From the NCBI RefSeq assembly GCF_009914755.1, contig NC_060935.1: a stretch of 64,000 bases of DNA. One strand, 5' to 3'. Shown here piece after piece: positions 1 through 11,680 of this stretch (the stretch's first letter is position 1; each line of letters opens with the position of its first letter). The notes under the pieces were generated by a model that saw only the letters and a list, made by a program, of their open reading frames with translations, did not search any database and was not told where the DNA came from. The stretch comes from the human T2T-CHM13v2.0 reference genome, Homo sapiens. The translations under genes and the position numbers were made by a program.

Positions 1-922
1 GATTATATTTTAGAGTGGCTTTTTTCTCCCTACCAAGTTGCCCCTTGGTACCTTCACTAAGGTCATATCCTAACTGTCTTTCAGTGGGGACTGGGTGGGC
101 ATGAAAGCGGTTATTTATTGGCAAATCTCCACTCAAAAAGAGTCTTCATGACATGGAATTCTCCTCTGAAGCATTGCCAATTTGTAAGCATCCCTGGCTA
201 CTCTTACTGGCTCAGTCTGTAGCTATAGTTAATTGTGGTTTATCTAACAATAATGGAGGAAATAGAGAAAAATAATAGAGAATAATAATGGAGAATAATA
301 GAGAAAAAGTAGAGGCCAGAAATACTTTATACCTGGCTTGAAGATAATTATAGCATTACTTTTACAGCTGATCTCATAACTTTTATTCAATTAGATTAAC
401 ATTAAAAATAACATACATCAACTGGAAGCTGAAGCTTGTGTCTAAGACTTAGGCTAAGGATCAGCAACAAAACAACTAGGGATTAAAATATTATCATAAT
501 TTACAAAGGTGTAGAAATATAGAAGGATAATTAGCTTCATTCTTCATAGCAGAACTCATTCTGGAAAGTCACATGTTATTCTTAAATGTATAACTCACAT
601 ATGTATTCTACATTATTATTTGTATAAAGACTGATTGTTCAGGAGATGCAGGTCATAAAACAAGTGTTGTATCTCCTCTTCCCTGTGACAGGCTCAGAAA
701 AACCATCATTATCACAATAGGTAAAGAGTTTGATAATTTTTAGTAAGTATTCATTTTAATGGTTCTCTGCTTCTTGTTATTTCTGTTCTAGACAAAAGGT
801 TGGTCTGAGGATATTTGAGTTTTCTAATTACATTACTTATATTAACATTAGAAATAATGTTATATTTCTAATTATATTAATTATATTAACATGATTGAAA
901 ACAAAGTAAGGCTCAGTCTTAC

Positions 923-1056
923 CTTAAAGGAAATAATTTTGTTCTCACAGGAGAGAGTTGAAATTTTCTCACACTTCACAGAGATAGTTACAGCCATACC
1001 TCTAGGCTGGCTATCTTTATACATACTTATAATAAATATGGTCCGGGGTGCATTAT
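923..1056 (-). CDS. IL18: IL18 exon 5 (134 nt, aa 76-120)
   Basis: Translates (D)[44 protein letters not shown]; acceptor AG at 1058-1057, donor GTAAG from 922. Confidence 0.98.
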
Positions 1057-1227
1057 CTGAAATAAATATAATAAATGAGAACTCTAGTTAGAAGAATTCT
1101 TGCACAGGAACATTTGCGGAAATTTAACCAAAGGATAGTCCTTAATACACCTGTTCCCACTTTGAGACTTGGCCAGTCTGCAGGAGACTATGTACAGCTG
1201 GTCAGACATTTTTAAAAACACAGTTCA

Positions 1228-1638
1228 GGCCTGGCACAGTGGCTCATGCCTGTAATCCCAGCATTTAAAAGTTAAAAACAACCTTTTATAATCTATATCA
1301 TTAAAATACTCATAAAAGTTGCAGCATGTGTGTTGTAACACATATTAAACTGTGGGGTTGTTTGTTTGTTTGGGAGGCTGAGGCAGGCAGATCACTTGAG
1401 GTTAGGGGTTTGAGACCAGCCTGGCCAACATGGTGAAACCCCAGCTCTACTAAAAATACAAAAATTAGCCGGGTGTAAGTGGTGCATGCCTGTAATCCCA
1501 CCTACTCGGGAGACTGAGGCATGAGAATCGCTTGAACGTGGGAGGTGGAGGTTGTAGTGAGCCGAGATCACACCACTGCACTGCACTGCACTTCAGCCTG
1601 GGTGACAGAGTGAAACTGCATCTCAAACAAACAAACAA
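1228..1638 (+). mobile_element. AluS interrupted by an inverted copy of its 3' flank
   Basis: Alu consensus 1228-1263, resuming ~1369-1624, (AAAC)n tail. Confidence 0.9.
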
Positions 1639-1736
1639 CCCCACAGTTTAATGTGTATTACAACACACACGCTGCAACTTTTTTGAGTATTTTAAAGATA
1701 TGAATTCTAAAAGATTGTTTTTAACTTTTAAATGCT
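1260..1736. repeat. 113-bp inverted repeat (arms 1260-1372 and 1624-1736)
   Basis: Manual alignment gives 104/113 identity, no gaps. Confidence 0.92.
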
Positions 1737-1881
1737 AAATAAAATATTTAAAATATATGTTAAGGTAAGTATTCAGTATTTTTAAAGAATGCACATTCAC
1801 TGCTTCAACTCAGCCTAACTTTGATATTTGGAATTCATATTTTGGAAGGCACAGTAGACTTGATCATTTTCTTTTCTTAAG

Positions 1882-2066
1882 TTTTTTTTTTTTTTTTTTT
1901 TTTTTAATTTTAGAGACAAGGTCTGTATATCACCCAGGCTGGAGTGCAGTGGCTATTCACAGGTACGATCACAGTGTACTACAGCCTCAAAGTCCTGGCC
2001 TCAAGCAATCCTCCTGCTTGAGCCTCCCAAGTAGCTAGGATTACAGATAGATGCCACCACACCTGG
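1882..2066 (-). mobile_element. Alu monomer (old, AluJ/FRAM-like)
   Basis: T tract followed by GAGACAAGGTCT...CCCAGGCTGGAGTGCAGTGG. Confidence 0.8.
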
Positions 2067-2393
2067 TAAACTATCAGCATTTTCAGCTGTAACAAGCAGG
2101 GATTAAGCATCCAACTATAGAGGTTTTAAACAGTTAATGCAATCACAATAAAGGGATTGGTGATTCAAAGGCAGGCTCAGAGAGGCATGACCCCTAGCAA
2201 TGTCTTATTGTATCCAATTTTTTACCCCAACTAAAAAACGTGGATGCCTTATAAAGTTTCCTGTAAGTGAAATTATTGTCACTCCTGTGACTTTTCATCT
2301 GAGGATTGGGACTAGCACGGAACAATGTAAGCAGTAAAACAGAATGGGAAGAAGTAGCTAGTCATTTCTATGTTTGCGAATTAAAAAAAATAC

Positions 2394-2528
2394 CTCTACA
2401 GTCAGAATCAGTCATATCTTCAAATAGAGGCCGATTTCCTTGGTCAATGAAGAGAACTTGGTCATTCAAATTTCTTATGACTGATAATTTAGATTCAAGC
2501 TTGCCAAAGTAATCTGATTCCAGGTTTT
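2394..2528 (-). CDS. IL18: IL18 exon 4 (135 nt), contains caspase-1 site LESD|Y
   Basis: Translates (E)[44 protein letters not shown]; AG at 2530-2529, GT at 2393-2392. Confidence 0.98.
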
Positions 2529-3362
2529 CTACAATAAACATTAAATCTCATTTAAAAATACATAGTTTCTTTGTTAATTGACAAATAAGTATGCTATATA
2601 TTTTAGTTTTCTAAAACTATTAATGACAATCTTCTGTTCCAGAAGTAGCTACAATAAAGTTGCCTATTGTTTTTTAACCTACTCTCAAAGGCACACTCAA
2701 TTTCTTGTTACCATTCAGAACTACTCTGCCTCTGAAGTGTTAACTTCAAATAGCCTACTTTCTGACCGGTCTCTTACCCTTCTAGTTTTCTTACACTTTT
2801 ACTCCAACTCTATGTGTTCTTAAATTTCACAACATCTTCCAGTCTCCTGACTCTTGTATTTCCTATCTAACCTCTTCCCGTCTTCCCTTCCTTCCCTGTG
2901 CAGCTGGATCTCAGAGTTCATTTTGTCTACCATTTTGCCAGGATATTAAATCCCTAACTTATTTGTCTTTCTGCTACAAAACTCCAAACTTGGCTGCTGA
3001 GTGCTGCTGGTGAACAATGGCACAAGCGTTCAAATCGGTGCCATTACAAGCATACCAATTGTCAATACTTCTTTTGTTTTCCAGTTCAGCACTCTCTTCC
3101 ATAGCTGATAGCCGCAATTTCAAATTTTCTTTGCTCTCTTCAGGACCTCTACACCATCATCTCTGTTTTCATTTTCAGCAAATGATTTCCTGCTACTCCA
3201 CGTACAAATTTAACTCTGGCAGCACCAGTTATTGCCTCTCTCCCTTTTGTCCCAAGGGGAAATGAGAAAGTGCCATTTCTGGTATCTAGGGCTGATCCCA
3301 TTTGTGCTCGGCATGTACCCTCTACTGAAGCTTTAATTTGCCAATCATCCTTTCTCTTCTAT

Positions 3363-3830
3363 CAAGCCAGCAATTCTACCTCCTGGGTTTTATCCTGAAG
3401 AAAAAATCAGACAAATGTGTGAACATTTTTGTACAGGAATGCTTATGGGAACATTGTTAATAACAACAACAAACTGGAAACAAACATTCACCAATTAAGA
3501 ATTGATTAAATAAAAAGGGCAAAGATATGCCCTTATTGTGAAATATCATGAACTTAATATAACTGCAATTACTCGTTGCCATGGAGAGATGTCCATATAT
3601 ATCACTAACTAGAAAAAGCAGCTTAGGTATAGTACAATCCCTTTTAATAAAAATATAAGCATTTCTGTGTCTGTATATATACATAGAAAGGAGTGTAGAA
3701 ATATTGTATCAAAATGGTAGCTATCATTATTTCTGGGTGGTTTTTATATTTTTATCTTTCATATTATTATCTTTTTTCATTGCCTCAATTAGTTACAATT
3801 AACACATTATTTTCATAATCAAAAAAGCAC
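3363..3830 (+). mobile_element. Old L1M(E) 3' fragment
   Basis: CCAGCAATTCTACCTCCTGGG...AACTGGAAACAAAC resembles the end of L1 ORF2. Confidence 0.55.
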
Positions 3831-3849
3831 AAAGCTCTTTATTTTGAGA

Positions 3850-4800
3850 TTTAAAACTGCTCCATCAACCCAATCTCACTTTGCAGCTAGTCTTGTTTCT
3901 CTCCTCCTTTTAACAGCCAAGCTTTTAGCAAGAATTATCTGTATCATTTCTTCACTTTCCATTCACTGTTTCACTCATTGCAATCTGCCTCTGCCTCCAT
4001 TTCACCATCAAGCTGCTTTCACTGAGATCACCAAACTCCTTGTTGCTAAATCTAAAAGCTGTGTTCTGGCCCTTGATTCTCAAGGCTGCAAAATTCAACA
4101 CAACACCTATCCCCTCAATCTTGAAATGCTCTCCTGGGAGTCGGTGGAATTCTCTTGGTTTTTCTTCTTCCCTTTTGGTTAGTCTGCTCTCTGTTGTTTA
4201 TTAGCTTCTTTCTACTGCATCCTTTAAATGTAGGTATTCCCCCCAGTTCAGTACTTGGCTTTTCCTCTCTCACTTTACACATTTCCTCTGATTTGTCTTT
4301 TTATCTCTATAGATTCAAATGCCATTTCTATGCATAAGCCTTCAATATCTCTATCTCCAGCCCAAATCTTTGTCCTGAACTCAGAACCACATGTAGAAGA
4401 GTTTTTGGACATCTCCACTAGGACGTTCCACAGACATCTCAGATCCGAAACGAAATGCGTCATCCATCCTCCTCTTTGTATACACCAAAACCTGCTCTTC
4501 CTCCTGTGTTTCCTATTTCACTGAATGGTACAAATTGCCTAAGTGAAAAATGTAGGCATCATCTTTTCTACTTTCTTCTCCTTTCCAAATCCAACCCTAA
4601 ATCATGTCCTATTGATTCTCTCAAGTGTTTCTAAAATCCATTCACAGCTCCTCATCAGCACTCCCCTATGTCTACCTTAATTCATGACACCATCATTTCT
4701 TGTAATAACTAAAATAATAGCCTCTCAACCCTTAATTTTGTCCTCCTCACCCCACACCATCAATTCTTTATACCAAAGCCAGAATGATATTTTAAAAATA
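3850..4800 (-). mobile_element. L2 fragment
   Basis: CTCCTTGTTGCTAAATC, GGACATCTCCACTAGGA and other pyrimidine-rich L2-like motifs. Confidence 0.55.
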
Positions 4801-5912
4801 TATTATTTCTGAATTTTAAAGAGTCATATGGCTACCTGGAATAAAGATTATATTTTCCAGATTTCCTTGCACTTGGTGTGGCCATGTGATTAAATTCTAG
4901 TCAATGGAATATGAGGGGGATTGATGTGTTTAACTTCCAATTAGAGTCTTTGAAAGGAATGAGCCTGACTTCTCTTGACCCTTTCTTGATAACTGGGATA
5001 TGAACCCAGGAAGTATGATGATTTTCAACTATGTGAGTGAGATCAACAACTAGGGGATGATGGGTACAAGACTGAAGAAAGTTGGGGGTCCCAATATCAT
5101 CAGGTTGCTTCCAGCCATACTACTTCTGAGCTGCCTACTTAGACTTTCTTTGAGAGAAAAATTCTCTATCTTATTCAGCTACTGTATCTTTGGATGTCTT
5201 TGTTACAACAAACTAATCTTTACCCTAGCTAATACATATTGTGCTTAATTAACCCTATTATCTCCAAGATAAAGTCCAAATTTCACATCTTGGGGTGAGA
5301 GAACGTCTTGCTCTACACCCTGTTTATCACTCTAGCTTCTCTCACCAGTCTCCTACTCCTACTCTACTTCCATTCTGAATTACCCTGAATTCATCATAAA
5401 TGCCATGGTTTCTTTCAGCTTTTGGGCTCTGAATGTGGTCTTCTTGCCCCACCCATTCCTATCTCCTCTACTTCCAGAATTTTCTGCCCCACCCCACCAC
5501 CAACCCGGAACCTTCCAGGCTTCTTCCCAAAGCATTTCTGAGAGGAGGTGTTACTGATTTTGGACAATTCTAATGCTTCAATCCCTTTTTCCTATGCAAC
5601 GCTCCCCCTACAACAGAATCCATGACTTCATGCTAATCTTAGGACCTATGAAACAGGCAAAGTCTATTTTGTAGATTCTAAGAGCTGGAGAATTTTTTAA
5701 GGCATAGAGAAGCATCTTTTGCTAGAGGTTCTTCTTTGTATCTCTTATGATCATCTTCATTCCAAAGCTGTGCTACTGAGTCCACATTTCTTTGAAGGCA
5801 GATTGGTAGCATGAGAACCATTTTTTTTTTTCCTCAGCTGACAATGGTGAGATAGATGTGTCTCAAGCAGATACTTAGTTTGCAAAGAAAAATAAATTCA
5901 TTTCTACTTTAC

Positions 5913-5924
5913 CATCATCTTCAG
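5913..5924 (-). CDS. IL18: IL18 exon 3, 12-nt microexon
   Basis: Minus strand ...CCCCCTCTTAG|CTGAAGATGATG|GTAAAG; supplies (A)EDD(E), needed to join exons 2 and 4 into the known protein. Confidence 0.96.
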
Positions 5925-6283
5925 CTAAGAGGGGGAAAAAGAGAGAAACAGAATATGTAAAATTTTGTATTTCGACTCAGAATTCAATCTCATTCTAGCT
6001 TTTACTTTTGCTACTCCTCTTTCTCGAACTCCTATTTTTATGGTTTAAGGGTCTGTCTTGGCTTTCATCAGAATATTATATAATCATCCAAAAGGCCCAT
6101 AAAATGAAGCTTATCAGACTTAGTGTGTTCTCAGGTAATTTAGACATAAAACTTAAACCTAGGGTTTAAAAATTTCAATATGTAACTAAAAATAAATTTT
6201 ATAAAATTAGAGATTTTACTTTTAAATTTATTGCTTAAACGGAAAGTCACCTAAGAAAAGTCAACTAATAATTTTTTATGAAG

Positions 6284-6478
6284 GTTTTTTTTTGTGTGTG
6301 TGTGTCAGGGTCTACTGTCATGCAGGCTGGAGTGTAGGGGTGGGATCATAGCTCACTGCAGGCTCAAATTCCTAGGCTCAAGTGATCCTCCTGCTTCAGC
6401 CTCCAAAGAAGGTAGGAGGTGTCCACAGGATATTTTGCAGTTTTTTGTAGAGATGGGGTCTCACTTTGTTGCTCAGGC
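6284..6478 (-). mobile_element. Degraded Alu
   Basis: CAGGCTGGAGTGTAG...GCTCACTGCAG...TTTTTTGTAGAGATGGGGTCTCAC. Confidence 0.75.
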
Positions 6479-6556
6479 TTTTAAATGAAGGTTTCAAATG
6501 AAGGCAAACTTTCAAATGAAGCCAAATTGTTCACAGAAGATTAATCATAAGAATCA

Positions 6557-6861
<305 letters not shown>

Positions 6862-7295
6862 TCAAACATATTTACATAAAATGGTGTAATTCACAGAACT
6901 CTACATTTAGAGAATCTCTTACATAATTTGCCAATTTGCTTTGGGAAATTGTATTTCCTGAATGCACCCAGTTTTGTACTGGGATTTTTCCCATGGAAAT
7001 CCAATGAAAACTGGGATTTTCCCATGAAAACTGGGATTTTCATGATGTGCACTTACTGCCAACTGGAGAGTGAGCTACTGCTGATTAAAGTGCCAGGACA
7101 CGTGGTGTGACAAGGTGCTGAGACCTTGGACATGTTGTGGTTAATTTCTAGAGGTCCACTATTTTTTTAAGAGCCATTAATATTACAGTGAAATTTGGTG
7201 ACAAAAAGAGTCACTTAATAGTTCACCTCACAACATCTTTTCTAATTGAATAGATTTATCTGAACCTGGTATTTGTTCTATGGCATTAGCCTTAC

Positions 7296-7374
7296 CTATA
7301 AAGTAAAGCGTATTGTCAATAAATTTCATTGCCACAAAGTTGATGCAATTGTCTTCTACTGGTTCAGCAGCCAT
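7296..7374 (-). CDS. IL18: IL18 exon 2 coding part (79 nt; exon begins at 7382)
   Basis: ATG at 7374-7372, [26 protein letters not shown]; acceptor TTCATTAG|GAATAAAGATG, donor ATAG|GTAAGG. Confidence 0.98.
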
Positions 7375-8757
7375 CTTTATTCCTAATGAAAGCAAAGAGC
7401 CATCTGTTAAGAGACAATGATTGTACCTTTTACTACTACTTTATACTACCTTCAAGTTCAGTGGTCAGTTAATCACCTAGTATACTGATGAACAATCTTG
7501 ACATTCAATAAACGCCAGAAGTTTCAGCTTATGAATACCCATGTTTAAGTGTTCTCTTACAAATCATCAGATATTTGGAAGATAGAAAGCATTTTCTCAT
7601 TAAACAATATTATAAAGGGTAGATAAATGGCCTAGTACTGAACTGAATCATTATTCTAGTATTCCTTGAGAAATATAAATATATTGTCAATATAAATATA
7701 GTTTCACCTGAGGATGCCATAAACACATCTAATCGTGCCCTTTAGGAAGGACTGGCTTCATCCTTCTCTTACAACCAGTGGGTTCCTATGGGTGAGAGGC
7801 TGAAGGTTTGTGACTTCATTGTCAAAATGCTAAAGGTGAAACAATGATAAAAAAGTGCTTCCATCTGAGGGTACAGGCAGGGTGGGAGAAGGCTGAAGGG
7901 CTCTGGCATTTGGTGGCCCTCTTTCTCCCTGAGCTGCGGTGATTTTTGATCTGGAGTCTCGATTATACTATATTTTTAACACAAGTAATACATAAATACA
8001 ATCTTGCTGTAAAATCAAGGGATACAGGATTTGAAAAAAATTTAAATCCTTCCATTTGCTTTTCCTTTCTGCCCCTCTTCCAATACGGTGTGCAGGCTTC
8101 CAGAATTTTGTTATGGAATAGGAGTTCTCAGTGTGAGAAATCTGTGAACTTGGATGGGGAAAAAAATACACATGTATTTTCACCAACCTCTGAAATTTAG
8201 CATTCCTCCCATGATTAGTTGCAGGAAACAAACCACAGTATTATTAGTAGTACTTGTGACTCTGTCATTAATAGAAATACCTATTTTCTGTTGTGCTACA
8301 GTTATTGCAGAGATCTTGAGACATGGTTTAAACTCATTACTACTTTGAAATTACAGAAGTTTAGTCCTCACAGTAGATCTTATTATTTAATGTGTTGGTA
8401 AAAAGGCACATATATACTGCATTAAAATTTGTTTAAAAATTAAATGGTATGCAGGAGAGTATTCATAAATCTGTGCTCAAAATTTTTCTAGCATAATATG
8501 AGGCCTAGCATGTATGGTAGAGTAAGCAGGAATTTAAAACTCAGTTTAAAAAAAATTAATCTGAATTAAGCTAACCCCAAAATAGTTGTTAGTTGGTGTT
8601 ATACAACTAACTTTGTATAATTTTGGCCTCCCAAAGTGCTTGAGATTACAGGCATGAGTCACTGTACCCAGGCCTTATTTGATAGTTTTATCTAGGTTTA
8701 GTTCCTTATGCTCATCTAAGTGCGAACAGTTATTAAATTTATCTTATTTAGATAACA

Positions 8758-9153
<396 letters not shown>

Positions 9154-10173
9154 TAAATATTATAAATATTAAATTTTATAAGCTATTTATAATATTTAAA
9201 TTTACAATTTAGAATTATCACCTAGTTTTTTAAAGGAGGGGATAAGGAAGACTCTTAGAGAAAAATAATATAGCAAAGGATGAAAAGATCACTAAGATAA
9301 GTCTAAACATTTTTCACCAAAACCCAAACCAACATTAATATTAAAAATCAGAACAATAATGACTAGGCTGTGAGCTCCACGAGGGCATGTTCTTTATTCA
9401 CCTTTATGGCTTCATTGCTGAACAAGGCCCTATTATCAGCATCAGAAGGTGTTTGTTAATGACTGCATTAACTGAGAAGGCAGACATTTGTTAACCTGAG
9501 AGGCACTCTATGTTTTGATTAGTTATCAGTTGGTGAAATAATGATTAGCATGATCTTCTGTACATACTTTAATATTATGTAATACACACATATTTATCAA
9601 ACTAATTCACCTGAAATGTACCAAGCAGTATGGGCAGGAATTGGATTAAATTACTGGTGTTTACTATTTTGAGTACATAGTTAGTCAATGAGTGAATGGA
9701 TTTAGAGAAGGACAATATTTGAGCTGATTCACCAGTTAAGGTTTGAGCATTAACTATGCATCAGGAATGTGGCCAGTAGCTGACCAAACCACACATGAAT
9801 GAGAGTTGGCTCCTACTCTCCAGTGACTCAGAGTCTAGTGGGAGAGAAGAATCTATAAAGAGTTACAAAATAATGTAATGAATGACGTAAGAGCTGAATT
9901 TACAAGAGATTCATTCTTTCTGTTTGATGGTGCTGGAGAAGGTTACCACAGAAAGTGATGACTGTGCTACCTTGAAAGAGAAGCAGGCATTTTCAAGGCC
10001 AGAGGAAGAGCTTCCACCAAGAAGAAGCAATGTGAACAAAGGCTAGGCAGCGGGGAGACCGAGAAAATATGGGTTGTTTGAGGCCTCAACATTTTTACCA
10101 TAAATAAGGCAAATGTAGTCACATTTTACAGAAAGAATGCATTTCTAAAGATCTCACATAGTTCAAGGTTACC

Positions 10174-10608
10174 TTTTCTTTTCTTTTGTTTTTTGGATAC
10201 AGAGTTTCGCTCTTGTTGCCCAGGCTGGAGTGCAATGGCACGATCTCGGCTCACTGCAACCTCCACTGCCTGGGTTCAAGTGATTCTCTGCCTTAGCCTC
10301 CTGAGTAGCTGGGATTACAGTCATGCACCACCACGCCCGGCTAATTTTGTATTTTTAGTAGAGACGGGTTTCTCCATGGCTGGTCTCGAACTCCTGACCT
10401 CAGGTGATCTTCCTGCTTCGGCCTCCCAAAGTGCTGGGATTACAGGGGTAAGCCACTGTGCCCGGCCTAATTTTGTATTCTTTTAGTAGTGAGGGGGGCG
10501 GGTTTCTCCATGTTGGTCAGGCTGGTCTCAAACTCCTGACCTCAGGTGATCTGCCCGCCTTGGCCTCCCAAAGGCTGGGACTACAGGCAAGAGCCACTGC
10601 GCCCAGCC
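10174..10608 (-). mobile_element. AluS with an additional left monomer
   Basis: Full Alu 10174-10467, then a second left arm 10468-10608. Confidence 0.88.
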
Positions 10609-11394
10609 AAAGTTAACTTTTCTTTGGAAAAAACGTAAAAGTTTGAGAGGAGATATTCTTGGAGTACATAAACCTACAACAACCAAAGCATATTGTTGCT
10701 TTCTTTCTTTTTTCAACTTTCTCAGCATTATTACTAGTGTTTTGTAGCCTGCTGTCTCCACACAGCCTATTATGGTGGTACTTTGGCCTTTTTAATATTG
10801 TTTTCTTGCATATAAACTTGGTTTCAACATATTTATTTGGAGTTTTTTTTTTTTTTTTTTTTTTGCACAGCAGTAACAATACATCCCTTAGCACTTGGAT
10901 AACATTATCATATATAAAATTATTTAAAATTATGTTTAAAAAGCACAATAATAACCTGTATGTCTGAAGAACTTCTGAGTTATTTAAAGTCTAATTTACA
11001 TAATAATGACATGGAAGCAGATAATTCTACCAAGTATAAGAGACACTTGCATGTGGCAATAGTGTTAACAGTTTATAACTCATTTGACCTGACAGCTTTG
11101 AAATTATGTCATTCTAGATAAACTATTTGGAAGAGTTAACATTATTTCCATTTTGCCCATATAAACTATAATTTTTATACCGTTGCCTAATTCAATTCAC
11201 ATAAAATGCAACTTGCAGTATACTTTGATGAAAGCTTGGAAAGAAGAGTCAGACTACAAAGGCCTTGTGTAAGCAGACTAAAGAGTTTGAACTGTTTTTT
11301 CCTGAAAAAAAAAATACTGACTTAAATTGGAGAAAGATATGGTCAAATTTGTGTTTTAAAAACTCACTCTAGAAGCAACATAAACAATGGATCT

Positions 11395-11680
11395 GGTCCG
11401 TGTGCAGTGGCTCATGCCTGTAATCCCAGCACTTTGGGAGGCTGAGGTGGGTGGATTGCTTGAGGTCAGGAGTTTGAGACCAGCCTGACCAACATGGTGA
11501 AACCCTGTCTCTACTGAAAACACAAAATTAGCTGGGTGTGGTGGCACATACCTGTAGTCCCAGCTACTCGGGAGGGTGAACTGCTTAAACCCAGGAGGCT
11601 GTGGTTGCAGTGAAGTGCTCCACTGCACTTCAGCCTGGGCAGCAAAAGCGAAACTCTGTCAACACCACCACCACCACCAA
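11395..11680 (+). mobile_element. AluS with (CAC)n tail
   Basis: Alu consensus; degenerate TSD AATGGA(T/C)CT. Confidence 0.88.
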
